64,000 nucleotides of DNA from Daphnia carinata. Its lineage: Eukaryota. Position 1 is the stretch's first letter. Each line of letters starts with the position of its first letter. The position numbers were made by a program, and so were the translations under genes. The DNA lies in contig NC_081331.1 in the NCBI RefSeq assembly GCF_022539665.2, positions 2,790,001 through 2,854,000 of the forward strand. The letters run 5' to 3'. This document shows, piece after piece, positions 1 through 13,250 of this stretch. A model generated the notes under the pieces. That model was not told where the DNA came from, searched no databases, and saw only the letters and a list, made by a program, of their open reading frames with translations.

Positions 1-1808
1 GAAACACTAAGAAAATATACTGGAATTATCACCATGGAATTGGAACGCTGTTGTCTTGAAAATTCGACATGTCAGCAGCGAACCTGGCGGGAAAATCATA
101 ACGAATAAGCCAGTCCTCTACGAAGATCGAGTTTTCCGATAAACTCCTATTGCCGAACACGATTTTTTTTACTTAGCATAAAAAGATGCCTCCCGCTAAA
201 ATCAAAGTTGTCTCCCGCAAGTTTTTTACTTGAACTTTTGAACACGGTGTCCCAAAGGCGGTAGGTGGCGTTGGCAGATCCTCTAACGTTTCGTAAAAGT
301 TGCCAAGTCACGTATGGCCTCGTTGGGCCTGTCTAGTGACATAGAATTGAAGGAGTTGAAATGACGTAAGGCAGACACAACCCCACCAGCTGTATGCTTC
401 GCCACTCGAAAGCTATCAGGTCCTCTTCGTTGACCTCCCTCCTTCTCGCACATTTGGGTGGATACGGAAGAGGAGCTCCGCCTCCCCCGTTTATACCGCC
501 ACGAGCCGCAATTTATGGCCCAGGACCATTGGTGCTGTTTCTTTTGCTTTAAGCTTTTATTTAAAAAAATCGTACATATTGGGAAATCTCCCCTTGCCAC
601 ACAACGCAGGAGCTAGCTCTCCATTGCGTCTTTTTATTTTTGTCAGTCATTTCGTCCAGTCAGTTGCGAATCGTTCATCTTACGTGTTCTGCCGTGGATA
701 AGTTCTCTCTTGCGTGGTAGGCTTTACTTGTTCACCAATCTGCGTAGTTGTGTTATTGTTTGAGTGAAATCGTGTTCAGTGCTTGTAGCTATTCTTGGAT
801 TAGACCACGTAGTCTGTCACAGTCGAAAGAAGGATTTGATTAACAACTTAGTTTTTCTTCTCTCTTTTTTTCTCTGGTATTACAGCATAGATTACCCACA
901 GTGAGAAACTTCTCAACGACTTCTACTTTGGCACGGATTTGTAGACTTCTGTTTGTGTTTATGCGAGCGCGTGGGGAATCAGAAAAGAAATCGAACCAAA
1001 AGAAAGGCAGAGAAAGGCGATCAGCTGTTGTGACGTCATCAAACAGTTTTCTCTCTTTTTGAACTAGAAAACCAAATAACAGCAAGGAAGACGGATTCAG
1101 CCCGTGATCTGCCATCAGAAACATTAAAAATACATTTTGCAGCTTATTGAGAGAAAAATAATTGGTAAAAATACGCAAGATTTGTTTGGTTAGTGGCTTC
1201 TCTCAAATTAAAAGCAAAAGGCAACGTCGCCGACGCGAGAAAAGGAAGGGAAAAAACTTTTTCCTTTTTTCCCAGCTGGTTCATCACATCCCCATCTCAA
1301 GCGCCCTCACTCTTTCTGTTCACTAAACTACGTGCACTACGCCTTTTCTCCTCCTCTTTGCAAGCTCTGGTTTTTCTTTGTTCCATTTTCGTCATTTCTA
1401 CAGCTTACAGGTGAATCATCTTTTATGCAATCGGTTGATATTGTATTTCAGCTTAACCAGTGACCATTGAGTGCGGGAATATCGTGTTCTTTTTTTGTTA
1501 AAATGGGTTGTGATACGTGTGTGTGAAGAATTACGGAAGGATAAGAGAACCAAGGGAGGTCGTCAAGGCCAAGTCAAGGCTCATCTTATTAGGGCCTGTG
1601 TTTTTTTATTTCCACTTCAGTCACATCGTCGACGATTTATTTTATTTATTTTACGTCTTGAAAGTATAGTTAATGCTGACGACTTTTTTTTTTCCGTTTT
1701 GGTTTAACCAGGTTAGACAGCTTTCTCATCTTCAGCTGAGTGGCTCTGCAGTTTTGTAATCTGCAAAGAGTTGGAACAGACAACCTCAGAACCTCTCATC
1801 CTAAAAAT

Positions 1809-2685
1809 ATGGAACAGGAATCCAACATGCAAGCTCCTCCGGCCCTCTGCAGATCAGGCTGTGGCTTCTATGGAAATCCTGCCACCGATGGGATGTGTTC
1901 TGTCTGTTTTAAAGAGGTATGTCTATATTTTTTTAAAGGCTATTCTTTCTGGACATTCTTGAAGTATTGAAAGTAATTGTTTAATGTATCCATCTCTAGG
2001 CTGTAATAAAGAAGAAGCAGCAACCTCCCTCACCAACAAGCAGCAGCAACAGCCAGAGCACTACTAGCCCTGGTCGTAGCAGCCCAACTTCCATTACCAC
2101 TGTGGCCTCTAATAGCTCAACATCCTTGATCACAACAGGGACTTCCCTTCCTGTTGCTTCACCTGCAATACCTGTACCTTCCTCTGAGAACAAAGAAGTA
2201 CGGCTATAAAACTATTCTTATTTTAGATGGTTTCTTTTGTGGGTCGTTTTCACAAATTTACTATTTGAAATATGAATTAAAAGGTTGGGGCAGCCTCTTC
2301 CACGCTATCAGCTGCAACCAGCAGTAGCAGTTTGAGCAGTTCAGTGGCTGAAGGAGACAGTGATGCTGCTGAAGCGCTCGACAAAGATGGAAAGAAGAAG
2401 AAAAATCGTTGCGCCACTTGCCGTAAGAAGGTTGGATTAACAGGTATGGATCCGTCAAACATAGGCCTACCCGGTGGAAGTGCCTCTATTGCATTGCAGC
2501 TTTCTTAAGATGTTCCCATTTTTCCGTCATTAAAAGGTTTCGAATGCCGCTGTGGAGGACTCTATTGTTCTGTGCATCGATATTCAGACAAACACGAATG
2601 CTCGTTTAATTATCGTGAACTGGGAGCAGAGGAGATCCGTCGAAACAATCCGGTGGTGGTCGGGCAGAAAATTCAGAAAATCTGA
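1809..2685 (+). CDS. ZFAND5/6: A20- and AN1-type zinc finger protein (ZFAND5/6-like); exons 1809-1916, 2000-2197, 2284-2443, 2537-2685
   Basis: N-terminal A20 finger ([21 protein letters not shown]), Ser/Thr-rich linker, C-terminal AN1 finger ([40 protein letters not shown]...[13 protein letters not shown]). All introns GT-AG and phase-consistent. Confidence 0.93.
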
Positions 2686-3642
2686 GGCGCCACGTTTGAC
2701 TATTTGTCCTATACCACCACCACCAATCCTCCATGCCCTCTCCATTAACCCTTTTTTTATTACCAAGTAAAGAAATTCGTTTTTTGTGCTGCACATAGCT
2801 CCGTTGTTATACTGGAAGAGGGTTGCTTATGAAAGCTAATTTAGAGCATCTTTCACTTCTATTGTACAAAATTTAGGACAAAATAACTTGGCTTATTCCG
2901 TTCGATTTCATTTGTTTTCTTTTTTTGTTCGCTACGTCTTTCCTATACTTTGTAAGGGAGTTGAGACAACAGTTTTGAAATCAGTCTTCAACATCTTGTT
3001 CGATGACTTGGGTAGGGTTTACTCCCCCTCCACCTCCCCCAAATTTACTTACTTTAAAATTACCCACTCTTCAGTCTTTTTTGGTTTCTTTATTGCGTTT
3101 GTATCACCCGGAATATATTCGATCCCGATCTTTATTTTTTTCTTCTCTCTCCTTTTGAGTTAAAGAGTATAATTGGGTATCACAAAAATTTTTAACATTC
3201 ATAGGGACAAAATGGGAGTTTTCAACAGAAAATTGTGTCAGTGTATGTTTGCTAGTGTTGCGTCGCTTTTTTGACTAAGGAATTGTTAACGCACTTCCAT
3301 TTAACCACATTTTAAAACATCGTAAATGGGATTGAACCTATCCATCGTGTGTGTATGCGTGTGTGTGTGTGGTGTGTGTATCTACCAAAGCAGAAGCAGC
3401 ACTTTCTACCGGAGTAGAATGAAATTAGATCGCAATCAATAGATGATTCTTCATTTTCACCCCTATAATTTCCTGTGCTGTGGATATTTCGCTTCGTTGT
3501 ATTACCGTTTTCTCCCTGCAGTTGTATTTCGGAAGTGATTCAATGATAATACACTAGTTTTTCTTGTCATTGTCTTTATAATATATATATGTATTTCTAA
3601 CTTTCCGGTTGTTTCATCATCCGAGGTTATATCCAGGCAACC

Positions 3643-4895
3643 TCAAGCCAAAGGTGAATCGTCATCATCTGTGACCAAAACAGTTTCAGTAGTTCTCCCG
3701 AACAAAGTAACCAGACATTGGTGGATTAATCCATGTTTATATGCTGCGTACAGTAAAGCTGTGACCAGTATTAGGACAAGAAGTGGAACTACTATATTAA
3801 CCGCTAACGCGGCAGCTAGAGAATCACAATGAAAAACTTGTGAGTAGACAATTGGATAGGCATAGAGCACTTTAAGACTTACGGTCTTTCGTCGACTCTG
3901 ACACATCCCTTTCGTTAGATTCCTGCTTGGTAGGTGAAGCAGTTGAAACTTGAGGGTGAGTTATTATTTTAGAGCAAGTCCCATCTTCATCCCTTGCATA
4001 TCCTTTGAAACATTGGCATTCGCCATGATTGGATTTATCAATTTGTGAACATGTTTCTTTTTCACCACATTCGAAAGGTCGAAACAAAGAACAGAACTTC
4101 TGTTGATTGTTTAATTTTCCCTTTCCACATGCAAGTTGTTGATTGTTAATTATTTGTTTTTGAGTGCAAGAATAGTCAATTCCCTGATTTTCTTGGATGT
4201 TTTCACAACCTTTAAGTGTTAGGCCCAGTAAAACAAATGAATCTCTTTCAGTAGACTTTTTTAAACTAACTTTCAGATAGCCTTGTCTTTGAATGGTGTG
4301 GTTTTGGGATGCAGGAAAAAAATAGCCTAAGAGAAAATTAAATGCAAAGATTGTTAGAATGATTTTGTAATATAACATGCTCTGTTTCACCAACCAGGAA
4401 TCACTTTTTCTGTTTGATCATTAAATGTTGCATTCCATGAAATAATTCCTGAGGTAGGAATATTGGCATTTATTTCAATAGTTGGATCATTATCACATGT
4501 GACGGCAAAACCAACAGAAAATGTTGCCTTCTATAATAAGGAAAAGTATTATTCATTGTCAAACAATATATAAGAATATATTTTTTTACTTCAGCTGTTG
4601 ATGTGCATTGTAGAGACGAACAATTATTCCCTATTAAACATTTTGTGTCAGTCAAACTTACATAAGGTAAGGCATGAATTAACTGTTGAATTTCCGAGCA
4701 TCCTGCAAGAGATTACGAAATCGTAGCTTTATAGCAAGTATGCATTTTACCATGGGTAATTAAAGTACCCACTTATTCATAGCGGTTTCAGATATTATAT
4801 AGAACCGCCTTGAGAAACTCACCGTTTGATCTGTGGAGGGCAAAATTAACAAGAAATAATAGAAGAACATTCCTGAAAAAATAACAGGACTGCAT
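3643..4895 (-). CDS. Uncharacterised single-pass (type I) membrane protein with a Cys-rich EGF/EB-like module
   Basis: Signal-peptide-like first exon (MQSCYFFRNVLLLFLVNFALHRSN, ATG at 4895), Cys-rich segment CGEKETCSQIDKSNHGECQCFKGYARDEDGTC, TM helix AALAVNIVVPLLVLILVTALLYAAY, short acidic tail ending DDDDSPLA*. Internal exon structure around 4540-4710 is uncertain. Confidence 0.65.
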
Positions 4896-5249
4896 TTCAG
4901 TAACCCGGGAACCAACAATCTCCCTTGCAATGACACATTCGATTCATATCTGGGGAATATAGGCGATTGCTGACGACCTTTCTTTTTATTATGAGGATAC
5001 GAGCGGAATCATAATTTGTAATTTTTAGAATGACTAGCAGACGAAACGAAAACTAATCGATTTCCTGTAAATCGGAAGTTTGCATGTCTATCGACTATTT
5101 GCTATACCCAAGAATCAGTTCGAGTCCAAATTGCTCGAATTTTTTTTCTTATATACCAAAACGAAACTCTGGATATCTAGCTGGATTGTGTGTCGGGGAA
5201 CGTGAACCTTAAAGTCCACCACTTCTTCCGGTGGCAAAGCAGTGGAGCG

Positions 5250-7665
5250 ATGGCGTCAACTTCTTCCCAGGACGCTTGGTACCTCGCCCTATTAGGACTG
5301 GCTGAACATTTTCGAGTTTCGACACCTCCGAATATTCGTATGTGTGTCCAGTGTCTTCAAACAGTTTTCAGTTTTAAGCCTCCACCACGTGTGGAAGCAA
5401 GAACACATCTTCAACTGGGAAATATTCTTGTGCTTTACACGAAAAACATTGATCTGGCCCGTTCTCATTTGGAACAAGCTGTAAGCAATAGCCAATTTGA
5501 GCTATTAAACTTTTTAAAATTATTATTTGTTTGTCTTGTAGTGGTCTTTATCACAGAATATTGCTGCATTTGATGATATCAAATACGAATCTGCAAGTTT
5601 GCTTGCAGAACTTTACGAGCAACAAAACCAAACGAACCTGGCTAAACCGCTGCTTAGAAAAACAATAGAGATGTCCCAGCAGAATGTTTTCTGGCATTGC
5701 AGATTACTCTTCCAACTAGCTGTAATCATATACAATTATTGCAAATGCTATTTTTCCTATTTTATTTTCTGTTCTTTTCAGCAAATTCATTCCAATGAAA
5801 GAGATTATTTGTCAGCCTGTGGTCTTCTGGGGGTTGGTGCAGACTATGCACACATATCAGGAGCTCAATACTCTAGGCTATTGTTCACTTTGAGCAAATG
5901 CATGGTATTCCTGTAACAATTACTCTTTATGGTTAAAGGCATTTATTATGTTTGTATATCTATAAAGCTGCTGTTGATTGACAAGAAGTTCAATGAACTT
6001 CACCCTCTACTAGCCCAAGTTGGACCAATTATTGATAACTGGCAGGGCTCTCTTCAACAAAAGGAGTACCTCAAAATCTTCTTTTTAGTCCTTCAGGTAA
6101 ATTTTGAGTGATATTGCTTTATAAACATCCCTAAACTTCCATTGTTTGATTCATAGGTATGTCAATGCTTAATGTCTGGACAGGTCAAGAGTGTCAAACC
6201 TTACTTAAAACAATTGCAACAAAGTATTCAAACTATTACACAACCCAATTTAATGCCAAGCGATGAAGGTAATTGTACATGGAAAGGCATAGGTCAAGTT
6301 CTGCAATTATCGTAACGTCAATTCTGCGTCTAGACGTATCGGCTGGGAATTCTGGTGATATGTTTGTGTGGATGTCCAAGGAACACCTGTGCGTTTTAGT
6401 TTATGTCGTGACAGTTATGCACTCGATGCAAGCAGGATACATGGATAAAGCCCAAAAATATACGGAGAAAGCGTTTCTGCAAATCGAAAAACTTAAATGT
6501 AAGTAACTCTTGCAATCACACGAAACTTATGATTGACTTTAATTGAATTTACAGTGTCCGACAATCGAAGTATCCTCACCTCCTTCCACATTCTTCTGTT
6601 GGAACATTTGATTCTGTGCCGGCTGGTAATGGGTCAAAAAGGTCAAGCGATACGGGAAGTAGCCACAGCGGCCCAGTTGTGTGCAGCCGGTCCGCCCCGT
6701 TTGCTCGCTGCTCATTCGGCACAGCTGCACACGCTCTTGGGCCTCTATGCAATGAGCATGAACTCCATGGAAGCTGCAGAAGCCCAACTAAATGTTGCAC
6801 TTAGGGTATGCTAAACAGAATGATGTCCTATTCTTATCAGTTCATTTGATTTCGAAATTGCTTCCCATTTCAGAGCACTACGGATCGTGAGCTGTGGACG
6901 TTCGCGAACTTGAATCTTGCTATCGTTTACTTAAGAATGAAACGTGAAGGTGATTTTAATAAATTAATTGAAAATATCAACCCCGAAACTTTGCCGTCGC
7001 ACTCGCACAGCTTGCGAGCAGCTGCTTTCTATGTTCAAGGACTTCAGTGTTTCTTTCAAGCTCGATATAACGAAGCCAAGTACGTAAAGTTGTAAATCTC
7101 GTTTGAAAACTTTAAGCATTATTTTTCCTCTTTTTCAATGGAATCTAGGCGGTATTTAAGGGAAACATTGAAAATGGCGAATGCCGAAGACCTGAACAGA
7201 CTAACTTCCTGTTCGCTTGTGTTGCTCGGTCATATTTTCCTCTCATTGGGTAATAGTCGCGAAGCCATGAACATGGTCACACCAGCAATGCAACTAGCAT
7301 CGAAAATTCCGGATGTCCACATACAACTGTGGGCGTCAGCCATCCTGAAAGGTAAATTATTCTTAAAACAACGTGAAACTCATTGGTGTCAATGCTGTCT
7401 AATACTTTTGTATTAAGATTTGTATCGAATGTGCGGTGACGGAAGTCGGGAAGCCGAAGCCTACCAAACTCACGCCAACTTTTCTCAACTACTTATGAAG
7501 GACAATTATGCCTCTCACCAATCTCCAGAACATGCACTTATTACGTGGATAGAACAGCCACTCACGTCTTTCCTTCAGCTTGGCACGAATAATGTCAATA
7601 GCTTAGGTGCACCGAGTACATCCAACATGATCATGCCCACACCCGGTTCATCTTCTCTCATGTAA
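5250..7665 (+). CDS. MAU2: MAU2 chromatid cohesion factor homolog (cohesin loader subunit SCC4), multi-exon
   Basis: [37 protein letters not shown]...[44 protein letters not shown] and [35 protein letters not shown] match the MAU2 family; canonical short introns. Confidence 0.95.
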
Positions 7666-8678
7666 AATTAAATGCAGGTACGCCAGAACTACAATTTCTC
7701 AAACCCCGAAAGCTCTGTATATGATGTCATAGTCTGTCTCATTCCTTTTCACTCCCTTGCTCGGGGCGTTTGGCGGTCTCTCTTCCGTTTTTGCTCTATA
7801 CGTTTCATTTTGTAAAATGGACTTAAGTGTTCTGCAGAGATGGTCATAGTCATCTGCGAAAGTGCTGAATCCGTCTGAAGCATTTTGTCTAAAATAGGAA
7901 CGACTATTGTAAATAATCTCGGGCAATTTTTTCGAAGCCAACCCGTTAACTTAATAGCGCGTTTATCGAGTTTCTTTATGTCGAGGCCAAAGTTATTCTA
8001 CTCCGTCTTGATTTTACCGTCTCTTATAGACGCATTCGTTCTCCCGCGTCTCGAAATTCCCTCACGATGTGTCTGATAGGAAATTTAAATTTTATCAACC
8101 CTTCTCTCCGGCCCCCTACGTTGTACCATACAAAACCAAATGCGTCGTGTACAGGATAACTCGGAATACACACGCAGCCGCGTGCGCGGATTTTCCTTTT
8201 TTAACAAAACTAAAATTTCCCCGTACAATTTTTCCGTCAAAAGAGACTGGCTTCTAATATTACTGCAGTCTCCTGCAGTCAATTTATTTTTAGGCTTGTA
8301 GGGACCTGCTGCGCTGGCCTTTCTTGCAACACGTTCATCGTTGGGGAAAAGTTTGAAAAGGAACATTGGATCATGGAAAACATGGCAATGTTTAGTCCTA
8401 AACCAACCAGACATACGGAGCAAAAACAAAAAGGAAAAAAAATTCAGGATGTGTTTAATTTTTGTTACTGTTGCCTTCGTAAAAGGAACTTTTTGGTGCA
8501 TGATGGAATATAGATGGTACGCCTACGAACAGATCGGTCTGCGGTACAGAGGCGGCCATGCTTGCTGGCACCGGGCCGGAGGGAGAAGTTTCAGTCGGGC
8601 GTTGTCGCTGTTGCTAAACAGACGTGTGTTTCGTTCACTCTTTTTAAAGGACCTAACTATCCACCTTAAACTAGCAAA

Positions 8679-11600
8679 AGTAAGTTGAAAATTCTTTTGA
8701 TTTATTCTACAATTCTATCGCCATTTTTAACGAATTTCATTTGTTTCGGTTCCAGTGTCGCTGTCTGGTGATATGGAAGAATACGTGGTAAGTTCCTTTC
8801 TTTCACCATCTTTTTGCATTCTCCGAAATGTGCCCATGACGTCATTTTTGCAAGCCGTGCCTTCCTCCTTGAAATGGGAAAAAACGAAACATTTTCAAGG
8901 ACTAGTTTACTGAAGTTTGGTGCTCCGTAAGATAAATCCGTGACGAAGTAGTACTATAAAAAAAATGATGGATTTTCATGTAATGTTGGTCAGATGGCCA
9001 GTTTTATAACGATTATATCCTTCGTTTTTTTTTTTATTATTATTGCTTCGACGCAAAATAGAGAGGAAAGTTGCAACTAGACAAAGACCTTGCGAAGCAT
9101 GACATGGTTTTTCACGAATTTTCAGATCTGACAGATAATACGTATTGCAAGCCTACCACTATGATTGGCCCGCCTACGTATTTGAACGTCAAATGAAAAA
9201 TAGAGGAACTAAAATTTGTTGTAGTTAATCGAATTGCCAATTGAATGTTTTAAAACATTTAATAAGAACCAAAATATATGATGTAGTTGCGGATGTTGCC
9301 AGTAATAGTCCATACATACCGGCGGCGGATTAGAAAGCGTTTGGCGGATGTTGTAAACGAACGGGAAAACGCCGCAAAACTGGGTTTGATTCACGACTTA
9401 TCCGTCTATCGTAATATTCTTCTCGTAGCTACGTTCTCGACCGCCATTCTCGGAAATTCCAATTTTTCCATTAAAATTCTAGTTTCCCATTTTTTGACGT
9501 CCCATTTCTTTTTTTTTTACTTCTGTGGCTGTCAAAAAAAAGAAAGGAGCGTCCAGAACCTTTTGTGGTAAGGGTAATCATGCTCGGCAACGCGTCTGCG
9601 GTGTGAGACTTACGGTTTGATCAAATTTCTGTTTTTATATTCAATATTGATATACAGAAAACAAACGAATGCGTATTGAGAGGTCCAATCGTGTGTATTT
9701 CCAAGATCCGTAACTTGATATATCTTAGGGTAAACTTTAATGTGTGGGTTCAACGACCGTACAATCAACCTGAACCAAAGGTTTGTTCCCACGCCAGCCA
9801 AAAAGAAAAAAGGACAGTGTGATCGATCGCCCTTTTCTATAGTCAAATTTTTCTTTCTTCAGCTCCAAGATGGACGAAAGAAAAAAAAAACATGCATCAT
9901 AAAAAAAATCCTATCGCAAAAGGGTTTTCATTTTGTGTAAAAACCTTGAGCAGTAGCCTTATCCAGGCCAGCCGCAGACGAGCATGCGATGGCCCCGTAA
10001 CCGAAAGCAGGTCGCGTGTGTAGCGGCGTCGAGGCCGTCTGGAATCAATACAGTTGTGTGTATGACTCGTTAGCACTCTTCCATGTGTGTACACGTCAAC
10101 GTACCAACCGCCGAATGCACATGGTGTACGCTTTACTACGATCTCTATTAAAGACGATATTTTAATATTATTCGACGTTGAGAGCTTTTTCTATCTACGT
10201 TGAACGAAATTGAAGAAAACAAATAAAAGAATTTTATAGTGTGGACAATAAAAAAGAAATTACCTGCACGAATTTTGTTTTCAAAGTGGGCAGGTCAATT
10301 GCGTTTATTACCAACTAAAAAAAAATTAAATCAATAATAGCATTATTCCAGAAATGAATTTAATTAATTTTGTTTAATTGACTATATTCTGATTAATCAA
10401 TATTAATGTTTAGGAAGTGCCAACTGTGCTGCCAGCGGCCGATTTCGATCCAGTGGCCGACGCCCATGCATTGTAAATTTTTTTTCTATTTCCCTGTCCC
10501 CGTTTTTATGACTGTACAACATGGATATTGTTGCATTTTCTAATTGAATATCTATTTTGTTTTACCTTTAATAAAGGCGCGCTGCGATGAAAGGATTCGG
10601 CACGGACGAACAGGCCATCATCGACATTCTGTGCAAACGATCCAACGCCCAGCGGCAGGCCATCACCGAAGCTTACAAGAAAGAATTTGGTCGAGTAATG
10701 CACTTTCCGTTACACATTCACGCCGGAAGGGTTCCATTACCCACGCCTTTTTCTATCGCACGAAACAACCTTATTTTTTTCCCGTTGTAGCTACGCTTGT
10801 TTATAAAGAAAAAGAAAAAAATTATAGTAGATATCGCTCGTAAACAAGCATTACGAAACATGCAATTGGCCAAATTTTCGTTAAATTTTCGTTGTTTTCT
10901 GATACGTTCTTGACAAGCTGTTCCCGTTTTTATCAGTTTGTTTAAATAAAAATTTATTCCTTTTCAGTTCTTGTCTGTTGATGAGCCCCTAAAAGAATCG
11001 TCGATTCATGTTCGCTTTTAAGTTTGCGAGATTAACTTGTTTCCATAAGTCATAATAGAGATTCCATCCGAAATGTGCGTGTTGTTAATAGCACAAAATA
11101 GCGAATCGATCCCCAAAGTTTCAATTACATCGTAACTGGCACGAACGCGAACACAGCAATATTGCTATCTCTTAATATCGTTGAAACTAAAGTTTGTCAT
11201 TGAATATCAGGGAAAAAAAAAAAAGATTAGTTTGATTGAATCGATTCCGCCATTTCACAATAACGTCCCGCTTGCTTGTAACCGTTTAACTAAGATGCAT
11301 GACAAATAGGGGAAAAAAATATAGAGGGTGGCGGCTTTGATCTTCCCTTAACTTTCTTTCCATCCAATTATAGTGTGTGTGTATTAGATTCCGTTTGTGT
11401 TGGGAAACCCTACTCTTGTTATGTTGTCCAATCGAACATGTGTTCTAAGTGTTGGTCTCTCCTCTTTCCAGGTTGAAGAGGGGAGCAACAAAAATCCCAG
11501 GGTAAATGAGTCAGAACCATCTACCACTACCGAATGCGTCGCGCTTCCTTTCCCTCCTCGGCAGTCAATTTTCCATGCGAAAAAGAAATAATTCCGCAAT

Positions 11601-13250
11601 TTTTATAGTTTATCATCACATTGCCAAGTATCACACCATTTGCTGATGGCGTCCGTGTGTTTGTTTTGTTCTCTTTTGTTATTTCGCAATGGATCAACTA
11701 AAGTAGTAGAATTAAGGCAGACCACAGTCATCATCCTGTCCATTATTGACATTATTTAAGCAGGATTTGATTGCCGATCTGAAGAGCGAATTGGGCGGCA
11801 ATTTCGAGAATGTCATCATTGGTCTGATGTTGCCTACCGATGAATATTGCGCCAAGCAACTGCACAAAGCCATGAAGGGCATTGGAACCAACGAAGATGT
11901 TTTGGTGGAAATCCTCTGCTCCCGACCATATGATGAAATTGTTCAAATCGCCGCTGCTTACGAAAAGCGTAATATTTACTTTTTTAAAATTAAATTTCAC
12001 TGTATTTTGTCAAAATTATTTATTTGTATTTGTATCATAGTGTATGGTTCCACACTGGAGGCCGATGTTCAGGGAGATACATCCGGACCATTTCAGCGCC
12101 TGCTCGTTATGGCCCTCCAGGTTTGAAGAAAATTTCATAGCGCCAGTAATATCTATTGTAGTTTAACAAAAATTAATTCATAGGGACTTAGAGATAATTA
12201 CGCTTATGATCCAGTCAAGGCTGAGGAGCAAGCTCAGATTCTCTATAACGCTGGTAAACATTTAAAATAAACATGAGTACATTGAAAACAAAATAAAAAC
12301 CATCCAATTTTCTAGGTGAGGGAACTGTCGGTACGGACGAAAACGCATTTGTGGAAATTTTGGGTCACGCTGGCCAGCGTCATGCTTACCTGATTTTCCA
12401 GGAATACAAGAAGATTTCTGGAAAAACCATTGAACAGGCGATGGAATCCGAAATGTCTGGAGAACTCCTTCATGGTCTACTAGCCATGGGTATGTCCGTC
12501 GTAATTCACTCATTAATAAACATTGAAAAGGTAGTTGCATCTTCGTTTGATTTTAGTGAAAACCGTTCACAACCGACCAGCCTACTTTGCCGAGCGCTTG
12601 GAAGTCGCCATGAAAGGCTTGGGCACGGATGACGACGCCCTGATCCGCATCATCGTCAGCCGTTGCGAAATCGATCTTGCAAATATCAAGTTTGAATATG
12701 AACGCATCAACGGCAGAACACTTCTTAGCGCAGTCAAGGTAAATTAATTTAAATTAACTTTCTAGTTTTTTTTTTTTAAACTTTCTTGTACATTCGATCG
12801 GTCCTTGACACGCATTTAATTATTCGTTAATTCGACTAACGAATGAACTTGAAAATGATTTGACCTTTTTGTAACTGAATGTTTTGCTTGCCCCTTTTGC
12901 ATTTTGTGTGATGATGTTTGACCCTACCAAATGTGTCCGACTACATCTAAATGGGTGCAGAGCGAGGAAGAAGCGGTAAGTTGATCTTCTTCCAGGATTC
13001 CATCGTGCACTTTCGTGTCTTCGATCTATTAGTCTATTAAGCACTTTGATGTTCGTTCCTTCTCAGATTAGATTTACAACCTAATAATCTATGCTGAAGT
13101 ATTTTCCTTTTCTTCTAAATTCGTTTGCTTGGATGATCTTCCATGAAATATGGTGGTAAAATGTCGAATGACATTCTCTTTTCTCAATATTAGGGCGAAA
13201 CTTCAGGCGATTATCGTAACGCTCTTCTTGCCCTCATTGGATCTGCTTGA
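8679..13250 (+). CDS. Annexin (invertebrate annexin B type), copy 1, four annexin repeats
   Basis: Endonexin motifs [25 protein letters not shown] and [20 protein letters not shown]; final exon 13194-13250 [18 protein letters not shown]. Start codon formed as A(8679)|TG(8756) across an intron, giving [11 protein letters not shown]. Confidence 0.93.

Noticed and set aside
1..70. Possible first coding exon of a minus-strand gene (ATG at 70: MSNFQDNSVPIP...)
   Set aside because: Too short and cut by the window edge; no recognisable homology.
283..1707. Several 70-110 aa ORFs upstream of the zinc-finger gene
   Set aside because: Non-ATG starts or low-complexity F/L/K-rich translations; more likely promoter and 5' UTR introns.
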